Below are positions 11,662-21,900 of a stretch of 64,000 nucleotides of DNA, in pieces. Positions within the stretch are counted from its first letter, which is position 1; each line of letters begins with the position of its first letter. The notes below the pieces were generated by a model. That model did no database searches. It saw only the letters and a program-made list of their open reading frames with translations, and was not told where the DNA came from. Location: NCBI GenBank assembly GCA_035549015.1, contig DASZRW010000112.1, positions 285 through 64,284 on the forward strand, in the 5' to 3' direction. Source of the stretch: Candidatus Kapaibacterium sp. (GTDB lineage Bacteria > Bacteroidota > Ignavibacteria > OLB7). Made by a program: the position numbers and the translations under genes.

Positions 11662-13905
11662 TCACCGATACCAATCGACGTCCCACCCGAACCCGACCGA
11701 GCGCATGGCGCGGTGTGTGCGCCACGACGTGCCGTCGGCGCCGTCCGGATTGAACGGCACATCGCGCGACCCCTTTGCGTCGATGATGTACCGATCCCTG
11801 CCGCCGGTGTCCAGGAACAGACCGAACGTGCCGATGTCGTCGCGGAAGGAATTGAACGGAGTTGGATAGTAGGTCGCACTTCCAAGAGGCGGCGTGTCCG
11901 TCCAGCCAACCTGATCCCGGTTCGGACGGAAGTCGACGTAGTACGTGTCGTTGCCGGAGCGATCCCACAGCAGTCCGATGCTGCAGAGATCGGCGGAGCC
12001 GCCGCAGTTCAGCTTCAGCAGGTAGGAGTCATCGCCGGCGCCGTCGATCGAGATTCCGATCGACCCGTCGCGCGCATGGCCCAGATACTGGTTCATGGCT
12101 CCATCGTATCCAACGGCGTAGGTGTCGTTCCCCTCGAGGTCCACCTTGCAGCCGATGGCGTAGTGCGCCGCAGCGCCGATGGAATACTTCCCGCTGCGAT
12201 ACGTGTCGTTGCCGGAGCGATCCTCCAGCATCCCCAGCCCCCACCAGTAGCCGGCTCCCTGGCTCCAGACCGGCGCGCTGTAGTAGTCGTCGCCGGCGCC
12301 ATCCACCAGCGCGCCCACGCCGCCGGCCATCGATGCGCCATCGCCGAGATCGGCGCGCCGGCCGAATCCGCATCCCTGCGACATGGAGACGGACTGCCCG
12401 AGATAGAGTTCCGAAATCGCGCCATCGTCGCGTGCCACGTAGCGGTCGTTGCCGGAGAGATCCAGCAGGATGCCGGCGCCGAGCGTGGAGCCCATCCCCT
12501 GCGACTCGCTGCCGCACGTATAGCGATCGTTGCCGGCCAGGTCCACCAGCGCTCCGACGCCGATGTGCGCCGCCCCCTGGCCCCACGTTCCGTCGGTGAC
12601 ATACTCGTCATCCCCCGCGAAGTCCTGCAGGACGCCGGTCCCATACCAGGCGCATCCCAATCCGGACTCACTGCAGTGATAGCGATCGTTGCCGGAGAGA
12701 TCGAACAACGCACCGATGCCGAACAATCCGCATGCGAGCGCTGCGGGCTCTTCGGCGCACTCGTAGACATCGTTGCCGGAGCAATCCACCGCAAGACGGA
12801 TCTGCCCGGGATCGTGGGTGGCGGCGAGGCGGCCTACGTAGCGGTCGTCACCCCCGAGATCGACGGTCAACGTCGCATCCGAATCGAACACCGTATCCTT
12901 CCCCGTTCCCAGCACACGCACAAGGCCGGACGCGGTCTGCAGGTCGAATCCGGCGAGGCTCGTCGCGCCAACCGGATGGAGCGAGTCCGCCGCACGGAAC
13001 TCGCGTATGGCGCGCGCAACCTGCGTGAACAGTACCGTGGAGGCGAAGGCGAGGCGTCTGCGGTCCAGGTAGTCCGGCAGACGAAGCACGCCCGCGTCCG
13101 GCGTCGCCGCCTGCCCGAGGCGCTCATCGGACCACGGCGCCTTCGCCATGGTGTACGGCTTGACTCCGAACGCCATCCCGCGCTCCAGCACGGCTCTCGC
13201 ATCGTCGCCATACGCACCGGCAAGCCAGACGCCTGCCTCGTCGATCGCGACCAACAGCCGGGCAATCAGCAACCGGGCATGCGCCGGCAGCGCGGCCCAC
13301 CGCGCTCGGGTCGATGCGTCCGGCATGCGCAGGGTGTCCGGCACGGCAAGGATGGGGAGATGATTCTGCGTCGAGTCAAAATAGGCCGCGAGCGAGTCCA
13401 GCGTTCCGGGGCGATCGATGCGCCCGGCACCATACCACCGCAGATTCTCCACCGAGTCCGCAACAAGCGGCATCATCCGTCCCGCGGAAATGTCCGTCAA
13501 CCCGAACCCGCGCTGCACCACGGCGTCGATCGCAGCCGCATTCTCCAGAAGCCCCTGGCTTACCTGCCCGGTGAAGCGCGGCACCGCGCGGGCATTGCGA
13601 TAGAGCGACCACACGGTGCGGAGCACATACGGATCCGGATTGTATCCCAGCACCTGATCGGCGGTAAACCCCAGAGGCCCGCCCGCCGGCATGAGCTGAT
13701 GCACTGCCTCGTCCCACAACGAATCGGGCACCACGAGCGCGGCCCGGCCGGAGGGAACCGCCTGCTGCGTGGCCGGTACGATCGCGGGGGGTGCAGGCGG
13801 ATCGGTGGCGGAACCTCTCTCCGCATGCTGTGTGGCGCACGCGATGGCCATGGCGGGAAGAAGGCAGAGAAGCGTATGGACGAGAGCGTTGCGGGATCGT
13901 GTCAT
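11662..13905 (-). CDS. 747-aa lipoprotein with ~10 copies of a GxGxLxDxxGNDxY repeat (period ~23 aa), unknown family
   Basis: Lipoprotein signal MTRSRNALVHTLLCLLPAMAIAC starts at ATG 13905 (Met40 of the listed ORF). Repeat copies include GIGALFDLSGNDRY, GVGALVDLAGNDRY, GAGILLDLSGNDRY, GVGALVDGAGDDYY, GLGMLEDRSGNDTY, KVDLEGNDTY, SIDGAGDDSY, LWDRSGNDTY and LFLDTGGRDRY. Confidence 0.8.
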   Translation of the reverse strand: MTRSRNALVHTLLCLLPAMAIACATQHAERGSATDPPAPPAIVPATQQAVPSGRAALVVPDSLWDEAVHQLMPAGGPLGFTADQVLGYNPDPYVLRTVWSLYRNARAVPRFTGQVSQGLLENAAAIDAVVQRGFGLTDISAGRMMPLVADSVENLRWYGAGRIDRPGTLDSLAAYFDSTQNHLPILAVPDTLRMPDASTRARWAALPAHARLLIARLLVAIDEAGVWLAGAYGDDARAVLERGMAFGVKPYTMAKAPWSDERLGQAATPDAGVLRLPDYLDRRRLAFASTVLFTQVARAIREFRAADSLHPVGATSLAGFDLQTASGLVRVLGTGKDTVFDSDATLTVDLGGDDRYVGRLAATHDPGQIRLAVDCSGNDVYECAEEPAALACGLFGIGALFDLSGNDRYHCSESGLGCAWYGTGVLQDFAGDDEYVTDGTWGQGAAHIGVGALVDLAGNDRYTCGSESQGMGSTLGAGILLDLSGNDRYVARDDGAISELYLGQSVSMSQGCGFGRRADLGDGASMAGGVGALVDGAGDDYYSAPVWSQGAGYWWGLGMLEDRSGNDTYRSGKYSIGAAAHYAIGCKVDLEGNDTYAVGYDGAMNQYLGHARDGSIGISIDGAGDDSYLLKLNCGGSADLCSIGLLWDRSGNDTYYVDFRPNRDQVGWTDTPPLGSATYYPTPFNSFRDDIGTFGLFLDTGGRDRYIIDAKGSRDVPFNPDGADGTSWRTHRAMRSVGFGWDVDWYR

Positions 13906-14249
13906 GGGGAGGATGAATGCGCTGGATGCGGGCCGCAGCCGCACGGCCCGGACGGGTTGTCGAGCATATGCGCCGGCCGGCGTACTGCCGGGACCGGAAC
14001 GGTCATGACGCGAATAATACACAACGCGACGGAATCAAACAGGATGGGCGGTAGTATCTCAGTGCGATAGTATCGGCGAGATTTCCTTGCGTCCTCTGCG
14101 GCTGGCCGCCGTAGGGGCGCGGGGAGGAACGCCGACGATGCGACCGTGACGCGGGCTTCAGCGCCGGACTGGTACGGGAATGAAACGGCCGGAACGAGCG
14201 AACGTTCCGGCCGCATCGATACGTGGAAAGGGCCAGGGCATGTGAACCG

Positions 14250-16679
14250 CTATGGCCGCCCCGTCACCTTGAAGTTGAAGCCTTCGTCAACCGGACCGCA
14301 ACCCGTATTGGAGATGTAGACGTCGAATCTGCTGCTCTGGATCTGGGAGACATTGATGACTGCGCACCGGAAATTCCCGCTCCCGGGTGGATCCAAATTG
14401 GAAACGGTTGCCGTCACCGAACCGCAATTGAGCAGGAGAGGAACCCCGTTGGGATCGACGACGCTCAGATCGATCTGATACCAACCCGGACCCACGTGCG
14501 TAACATTTGCGACACCAAAGTCACAGATCCGCCCGCCGGCGCCGTTGACATTTCCCCATGCAAGGGTCACGTTGTCGGCATAGGTTCCTCCGTACACCAC
14601 CGGCGTCGCGCCGCCGGTATTCTGAAACACGGTGGAGTGTCCGTTGTACGATACCTCGAACGCATTCGATTGAACGCCCTGGATTCCATTGCCGACAACG
14701 AATATCGGATCGTCGTTGGGCACGCCGCCCGGCACCATGGCCCCCTTCGGAATATTCAGCACGCCGGTAACGGTCTGCCCATAACTCTGGGCCGTCAGAT
14801 TCTCGCCTCCCGGAATAGTGGCGGAAATTCCAGCGCCGTTGATCCGATTGTGGTATCCGCCTCCAATCGCTGCATCCTGGGTAGTCAACTGGTTGCCGTC
14901 ACCGCCGGCAATGGTTGCTTCCGACCCGCTGACGCTGTTGCCGATACCGCCGCCCACCGTGCTGTTGACGGCAGTGACACTATGTGCGTGGCCGCCGCCG
15001 ATCGTACCGTAGGTGGCCGTAACCGTGTTCTGCAGACCGCCGCCGATCGTACCGTAGTTCGCCAGGGCCGTCGCGGCGCCGATCGTGTTCAACTGCCCTC
15101 CACCGATTGCTCCGAACGACGACCCCGCGTTATTAACGCTATTGCTGAGCCCTCCGCTGATTACTCCCCACGGCCCGGAAATATTGTTCGTCTGACCGCC
15201 ACCCACGAAGCCATAATTGCCCGTGATCAGATTTTGCTGGCCGCCGCTGATTGTCGCGTAGGTCGCGGGGGCAGCGGCGGTGCCGATCGCATTGTGATCT
15301 CCTCCGCCGATCGTTCCATTGACAGAGCTCGCGTTCAGGATACTCTGGTTGCCGCCGCCGCCGATCGCCCCATACTCGCCCTCGAGGTGGTTGATGGACC
15401 CGCCCGCGATCGTTCCATAATTGGCACCGCTCGTGATCACATGGTGGTATCCACCTCCGATCGATGCATCCGGAGCACTCATCTGGTTGCCGTCACCGCC
15501 GGCAATGGTTGCCTCCGACCCGCTGACGCTGTTGCCGATACCGCCGCCCACCGTGCTGTTGACGGCAGTGACACTATGTGCATGGCCGCCGCCGATTGTG
15601 CCGTACGTGGCCGTGACCGTATTCGCCAGGCCGCCGCCGATCGTCCCGTAGTTCGCCAGAATCGCCGCGGTGCCGATCGTGTTCTGCTGCCCTCCCGCTA
15701 CTACGCCGAACGACGCGTTCACGTTGAATATGTGATTGTCGGCACCGCCGCTGATCACATTGTACTGGATTCCGTCGATCGTATTGGAAAGTGCCGGCCC
15801 GCCTCCGCCGGCAATCGTATTTCCATTACCGGCGGCTGCCGAGAAGTTGCTCACATGTCCGCCGATGATGCTGGGTGTCAAGCCGCCGTTCGGCTGGAAG
15901 ACCATCACGCGTTGTGCATTTACCTTGACGGTAAACGGAACGGCGCCGTTGGTGCCAATGAAATCGGCGGCCGCGGCGGGAGAAAACACTGCCCCGGGAA
16001 TAACGGCACCGTCTCCTCCCATCACCCACGCATCCAACGGCGCTCCCTGCAACCGGCGGCCGGTCTCCTTCCCATTTTCTCCCTCTGTCCCGGCGCCCGC
16101 AGGAGAGCCGATGATCAGGCTCTGGGTAAATTCATCGTAATGGATATCGATATCCTTTCCCGCCTGGATATTCAGCACCTTGCCGCTGATCGGGACTTTC
16201 TTTCCATTCACGCTCACCCCCGAGATATAGTCCATTCTCACCTTCTCCTCGGTCACAGCGCTATCGGCCAGCTTGCTGGTGGTGATGGCACGGTCCGGAA
16301 CGTTGATCGCATAGGGCGACGCACTGAGCCTCGTCAACGGGCGCAGTTCCTCACCTCCCGAGATCCGCGTACCGATCCAGAGAGCCTTATCCATCTGTGC
16401 CGGCGCCGGAAGCGGTATCGCACCGGAGCCAAGGTAGATATTGAATATTCCGGACCGGATCGACGTCGTGTACGTGTCCTGCCAGATCCTGATGGCCCCC
16501 TGCGCGTCGGCGTAGAGCGTAACGGTTATCTGATACTCCCCGTCGACAAGGGGTGTCCCGTCGCTCGAACCGACACTCCCCTGATAGCTTATCACTCCCG
16601 GCGTTCCGGCTGTCTGTTGCGCAGACAATATTCCTCCGGCAAGGAGGAATACGACAAATGCAGAGACATAGTACTTCAT
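14250..16679 (-). CDS. secreted 809-aa repeat protein with YadA-head-like/tail-fibre-like IGGG repeats
   Basis: Signal peptide MKYYVSAFVVFLLAGGILSAQ. The central ~450 aa consists of x(T/A)IGGGxxNx(I/V)xGxx(S/A)TI(A/S)GG repeats. An internal ~95-aa block (NYGTIGGGL.NTVTATYGTIGGGHAHSVTAVNSTVGGGIGNSVSGSEATIAGGDGNQ) occurs twice, nearly identical at the DNA level. Confidence 0.85.
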   Translation of the reverse strand: MKYYVSAFVVFLLAGGILSAQQTAGTPGVISYQGSVGSSDGTPLVDGEYQITVTLYADAQGAIRIWQDTYTTSIRSGIFNIYLGSGAIPLPAPAQMDKALWIGTRISGGEELRPLTRLSASPYAINVPDRAITTSKLADSAVTEEKVRMDYISGVSVNGKKVPISGKVLNIQAGKDIDIHYDEFTQSLIIGSPAGAGTEGENGKETGRRLQGAPLDAWVMGGDGAVIPGAVFSPAAAADFIGTNGAVPFTVKVNAQRVMVFQPNGGLTPSIIGGHVSNFSAAAGNGNTIAGGGGPALSNTIDGIQYNVISGGADNHIFNVNASFGVVAGGQQNTIGTAAILANYGTIGGGLANTVTATYGTIGGGHAHSVTAVNSTVGGGIGNSVSGSEATIAGGDGNQMSAPDASIGGGYHHVITSGANYGTIAGGSINHLEGEYGAIGGGGNQSILNASSVNGTIGGGDHNAIGTAAAPATYATISGGQQNLITGNYGFVGGGQTNNISGPWGVISGGLSNSVNNAGSSFGAIGGGQLNTIGAATALANYGTIGGGLQNTVTATYGTIGGGHAHSVTAVNSTVGGGIGNSVSGSEATIAGGDGNQLTTQDAAIGGGYHNRINGAGISATIPGGENLTAQSYGQTVTGVLNIPKGAMVPGGVPNDDPIFVVGNGIQGVQSNAFEVSYNGHSTVFQNTGGATPVVYGGTYADNVTLAWGNVNGAGGRICDFGVANVTHVGPGWYQIDLSVVDPNGVPLLLNCGSVTATVSNLDPPGSGNFRCAVINVSQIQSSRFDVYISNTGCGPVDEGFNFKVTGRP
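14835..15720. repeat. intragenic direct duplication: two ~290-bp near-identical segments (14835-15120 and 15435-15720) spaced 600 bp apart inside the IGGG-repeat gene
   Basis: Plus-strand ORFs 14818..15012 and 15421..15651 translate to the same peptide (MVASDPLTLLPIPPPTVLLTAVTLCAWPPPIVP). The DNA segment ctggttgccgtcaccgccggcaatggttgc...ggccgccgccgat is repeated. Confidence 0.8.
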
Positions 16680-17353
16680 GATATTCCCTCATTTACGGTA
16701 AAAGAAAATGGGGCAACCCGGCGGGTCCGGTATCTCCATCAAGTCTATGTGTTGCATGATGGACCTGCCCGGGGCGGATTATGCGTGAATTTTCGGATCG
16801 ATGTCGCGATACATGATATTCCCGCGACGCAGTCGGCCACGACATTCCCTGCCGCCGAAAATGGCAGCTCGAATTTTGATGGAGAGAGCGGGAGGTGCTA
16901 GATAAATTCAACATACCCCCTGGATGGTAGCCGGGACAGTACATCTTTGTGTACCTGGAGCACGATCCTCGAGGCCGTCACCGAACCATGCAGAGGCGTG
17001 ATGAGGCCGATATCATCGAGATTGCTCGTCTTGATAACCCACTCCGCACGCCGGGGAGGTGACGGTCTCGACTACCGTTCAATCGGCTTCCGTTTCCATG
17101 TGTTCGGCCTGAGCCGTCGCAGGTTCTGCCGCACTGGAACGATCATGCGGCATCAACAGCAGCACCGGGCCGCGACGGCGCGGCACTCTGGGCTGTAAAC
17201 TCGAATGCCCCACCAATCAGGCGATCGGTGGGGCATTCGGATTTTCAGACTGTGGTTATCAGCGCCGTCGTATCGCTGCACCGCCCGACGGCAAAACGCC
17301 CGGCCGTGCATTTCGGTGCCGATCGAGCCACCAGGTTGTGCAGGTGCCGACGC

Positions 17354-17692
17354 TCACGGGCACGGCTCCACGGTCACGATGCAGGAGTCCTTGCCGACCT
17401 TGACCACCACCTGATCGCCGACTGTCACGTCCAGCACTGCCACTCCGGCAAAGAACGAGCCATCGGCCTTGGCCGTCGTCTCGCGGGTCACCGCGGGGGC
17501 GCCGAGCTTGTACGCCGTCACCGTGGCGCCGCCCGGCACGGAGCCGACGCCTCCTGCCATGACATCACCACCCTGATTTACCGAGCAGTCGTACACGTGG
17601 ATCTTTGTGCAGTCGATCGCAGCAAGCGCAACGGCATATGCCGCCAATGCGAGGACGATGGCCGTGAGGATTCGAGGCGAGATATATTTCAT
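17354..17692 (-). CDS. small secreted protein (112 aa), paralog A of a tandem pair. A transthyretin/carboxypeptidase-regulatory-like beta-sandwich is plausible
   Basis: Signal peptide MKYISPRILTAIVLALAAYAVALA. It shares GSVPGGATVT...ADGSF...C.VTV with the next gene. Start is ATG 17692 (Met48 of the listed ORF). Confidence 0.7.
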   Translation of the reverse strand: MKYISPRILTAIVLALAAYAVALAAIDCTKIHVYDCSVNQGGDVMAGGVGSVPGGATVTAYKLGAPAVTRETTAKADGSFFAGVAVLDVTVGDQVVVKVGKDSCIVTVEPCP

Positions 17693-17798
17693 ATCGGGAT
17701 CTCCGGAATTGCGTGTACGTGGGTGAATGAACGAAGCCGGCGCGATGGATACGATTGCCGCAACGGGCAACGAGATCATGGCGCCGGGTGCCGTTTGC

Positions 17799-18158
17799 TC
17801 AACGCGTAATCTTGACGGTGCACCTGGTTTCACCGACCGACACTGTCAGGGTGTCGCCGATCGTATGATCGAACCCATCGGGCAGGTCGATCTCCTTGAT
17901 CACGAAGGAACCATCGGCATTGGCCTTGACTGTGACAGTCTTGCCGTTCTTGTCGGTGATGGTGACAGTCGAGCCTCCGGGCACGGACCCGGCCGACCCC
18001 GAGATGATCATCCCGCCGGTTGCGACCGTGCCGCGCGATGCGGTGATCTTGTCGCAATCGGGCTGCGAGACCTGGGCAGTCGCCGTTGCGGTGAAAAGCG
18101 TGGCTGCGATGATTGCCAGCAATGCCAGCGTTGTACGGGGATGGATGCGTGCGACCAT
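17799..18158 (-). CDS. small secreted protein (119 aa), paralog B of a tandem pair
   Basis: Signal peptide MVARIHPRTTLALLAIIAATLFTATATAQ. GSAGSVPGGSTVTITDKNGKTVTVKANADGSFVIKEIDLPDG...RCTVKITR resembles paralog A. Start is ATG 18158. Confidence 0.7.
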   Translation of the reverse strand: MVARIHPRTTLALLAIIAATLFTATATAQVSQPDCDKITASRGTVATGGMIISGSAGSVPGGSTVTITDKNGKTVTVKANADGSFVIKEIDLPDGFDHTIGDTLTVSVGETRCTVKITR

Positions 18159-18542
18159 GGTTGCTCCTGGTATTGTATGACGATGACGGAAATGTGTCCC
18201 CGCGGGAATGGATCCGCGAGCTGCCAGCCTGCAGCCACGTCCTGTACCAGGGCCAGGGGGTGAGATGATGCTGACGGGATTTGGGTTCCACACGTGCCGG
18301 ACTGAACACATTCAAGCTACGCTCCCGTCCTCACGGGACGGGAGTACATGAAGTGGTACCCGGACCAGGAATGCGTTGTGCGTGATGGATGATAACTGGA
18401 TCGATTCCTCTGGACCGCAGGTTCCCGATGGCAACGGGGCGATCAACGAGCGGAACCACAGCAAAAGCTTCCGCACGCCGAACAGGCGGCGTCCTTCACT
18501 TCTATCGCATTGCGATGCGATCTCACGCGCGGGGAACATGGG

Positions 18543-18986
18543 CTACGGCTGCTCGATCAGCACGTCACCGTTGCCACTCAGCAGAGCAGATCCGGTAAAG
18601 ATCAACGCGCCCAGGTCCTCCGCTATCTCGAACACGAGATCCGCCAGCGTCTCGTCGGCCTCGAACGATGGGTCTGCAACGACACCGATAAGAAGTTCGG
18701 CATCCACGATCTGTTGTTGTAGACGATCCTTTGCTGCCGGATCCGAAGCCGGCTGTGTCCGGACGAAGTTGTACAGTCCGAGCAGGATTGTCGAGAACTG
18801 GTCGCCCGGTTCCACGCGTATCATGCTGTTCAATGTCAATGTCGCAGCATCCGTGCGCAGAACGATCGAAGTCCATGCCTGATCGCTGCCGGTCACCACG
18901 ATATCGGCGGTGCCATGGCTGCCGAGCACCGAACGTATCCGTGCATGATCGATGACAGGTGAGACTATTGTGCAGAAGTCGCTCAT
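18543..18986 (-). CDS. putative immunity protein for the upstream WHH-nuclease toxin (147 aa)
   Basis: Its ATG overlaps the toxin stop (ATGA at 18983-18986). The product is a small acidic cytoplasmic protein with no signal peptide, sitting in the canonical position of polymorphic-toxin immunity genes. Confidence 0.6.
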   Translation of the reverse strand: MSDFCTIVSPVIDHARIRSVLGSHGTADIVVTGSDQAWTSIVLRTDAATLTLNSMIRVEPGDQFSTILLGLYNFVRTQPASDPAAKDRLQQQIVDAELLIGVVADPSFEADETLADLVFEIAEDLGALIFTGSALLSGNGDVLIEQP

Positions 18987-21900
18987 TTCTTCTTACCCTT
19001 TCGTTGAGTTCGCGGCCGCCCGCCCGTTGCCTCCCGACCTCCGGAATGACCGGTTTTGCCATGCAGATTCCTGTCTACAAGCTGCAGCCTGACGCCGTCC
19101 TCATGATGATGCCATGTATAATCCGGAATCCTTTCCTCGCCGGCCTGGATCGCACGCAACTGTTCCTCCGTAAACAGCTTCCTGAGTCCGGGCTGACGCT
19201 CCAATTCATCGCGGAGTGCCCTTGTGGCAAATTCAAATTGCGCCCCATCACGTACGGTCGGCCCAATCAGTTCCGGCGGCAAATGTACATCAAACTTCGA
19301 TTCGAATATCGGATACCCGTTCGCATTGAACGGCACCCCGGTCTTCGGGTGCTGCTTCCCGGCCAGATGACCGTTTCGGATCTTTTTCTTCGCGGTCTTT
19401 TGCGCGCCTTCCGCACCAGCTTCCATGGTGCTCGTCGCACGCTCCTCCGGGGTATTCACCTCCTTGTTCCCCGAACTCTCGATATCTGTGTTCCCCGCAC
19501 TCTCGATGTCTGTCCCGTCCGCTGTCTCCTTTCCGTGCTGGGTTCCGGGCTCCTGTCCGGCTTCCGGCGTCCGCTGCTTCGATTGTGAGTTGTCGATTTC
19601 CGATGTCGCCTGCCCTCCATTGCCGGTGGCGCTCTCTTCCGTACCACCGCTCTGGAGCGGCCTCTCCTCCGGCGGCGGCTTCTCACCGCTGCGCATGCCT
19701 TGAATCAGCATGCCGCCATTAACGAGAAGGTTGGCAAACAGAGCCACCATCTGGCTTTGTCGTTCATCGTCGGTGAGCCTGCGATTGTTCAGGATGGCAC
19801 GCGCCTGATCATACGCGTCGGCGCTGAAGATCACGAATCCCGCCGCATCGCCGGCCGTTGCCGCAAATCGCAGGCCTCGGGCAACCGGTTGCGCCACCCC
19901 TTTCAGGAACGATCCGGCTCCCAATGCAGATGCCGCCAGGCCGATAATGTCCATTGCGATCGCGGAAGCAGCGGGATTGGCCTTGCGCAATTCAGCGTAC
20001 AGATCCGTTCCGGCCGACACGGCACCCGTGGCCATTGCGATGTAGAAGAAATACGGCGCCGCCGGCGCACCAAGGCCCGAGGCCGAAAGCGCGATGCCGA
20101 CAAACGCCGCGAACAACGAGATGATCCCGGATCCTTCCGCAACCTTCTTCCAGAACGAAGCTCCATTGGATTCCACGACTTCAACACGAACGGACTTGTG
20201 CCATCCCTGATTCGGCACCTCGAATTGAATTATACCATTGGGGTAGCTGTTGTTCGTTCGGAAATCATCGATGGCAGCACTCAACCCGGAATCCTTGGGA
20301 TCGAATTCCCATGTATCGGCGTTGATATCCGTACCGCTGTATTTCGTGGTTGGCGCACCCGGACTGAGGTCCAGGAAGTAGACCTTTTTCGGGTTTGATA
20401 CAGACCGGCCTACGAACATCATGAGATCGACGGCCTTTCCGGTGGTGCGCGGGACGTAGGAGGCACGCAGCGGTATCAGTTGATGGATGTCGACATCACT
20501 GACCGCGGCGGAGACGTTTTTCCGATACTCCGCCCACTCGTTGAGGCTGTGACGATTCTCCCCGTATTTCTGCCACTGCTTGTTCTCCTTCATTCCCACC
20601 TGCAATGGCGATTCAGTATTGACACGGACATTGTCCTTCTCGACACGAACGGACGACATTTTATCCCGACTCTCGGACTTTGGAGCATCCCAGCCAACCG
20701 CTTCCGCATATTCACGATCGAATCGCCCCGCTTCCTTGGCCCTGCGCAAATACTCGAGCGCTATCGACTCCAGCAGGCTGGAATACGATGTGGCCCCCTT
20801 GCTCCGCATCGCCGCATCGGCGGTCTGCTTGTCCACGGGATCGAGCTCCGCCTTTCCAGCCACATCGATTATTTGAGAAATGGTCAGCTTCCGACCATTC
20901 AGCGATATCGTTGCATTGACCGCATAGCTATTGGCTTCCGTGAAAAGATATTTGTCGCCGTTTTGTATTACGTCGCTCTCGGGGGAGTATTTCGATTTCG
21001 AATGCCATTGAACCAGCCACTCTACCATCGCCTGATCACCGCCGAACATCTTCCTGGTTCCCTGCATCAGATTGAACTGCAGGTTCGAGTCGTCGAGGAT
21101 CCTGACCTGTTGCAGCGCATGCAGATCCACAATTCCCGGGAACCGGGCCGGATCCGGGGAAGTAACCATCCCCCCATCGGGCTGGCCCGTTGCCCACGGG
21201 TTCGGCAGCAGATGCTCACCCGTTTTCGTGTTGACCACATCAATCCAGATTTGATTGCTTTCGATGAGCCACCGGTTCTCCGCCGCCTCGGACACAGCCT
21301 CCGGGCCCTCCTTTGCACACCGCATCAGCCCCAGTCCGCTCCGCAGCGCCGGCCTTGCATTTTCGCGAATGGATTCGGCCATGCTGCGCGCGCCGCGCAT
21401 GCCACGGCTCATAAGGCGGGCAAGTGCCCCGCGGGTAGAGCGCTCGGCATCGTATTCCAGCGATGCGGTGGATCCACCCGGCTCCTCGGTTTCGGAACCG
21501 CGCTGCTGGATGGCGTGCGCCAGCTCGTGGGCTATCAGGCCATCGCCCGCAATTGTTCCGGGCCGATATGCTCCAGCACCGAATACGACATCGCTCCCCA
21601 CGGCAAACGCCCGCGCATCTTCCTCGGCAGCCAGGTGCGCGGCCTCGTCGTTGGTGTGCACGCGAACATGGGCAACGTCCTCGCCGAATGCTTCCTCCAT
21701 ACGTGATCGTACATCCGGCGGCAGCGGACTGCCATCACCAAGCCGCGCGCGAATCTGCTGGACTCGACTTTCGGCGTCGGGGGTCCTGGCCTGCTCGTCC
21801 CCCTCGGCAGCACTCACAGCGGCACTGTATGCCCTGCCAGTTCCATCCTCTGCCGCATCCAGGCCCTGCATAACCGAACGCATGCGCTCCATCCGCTCGG

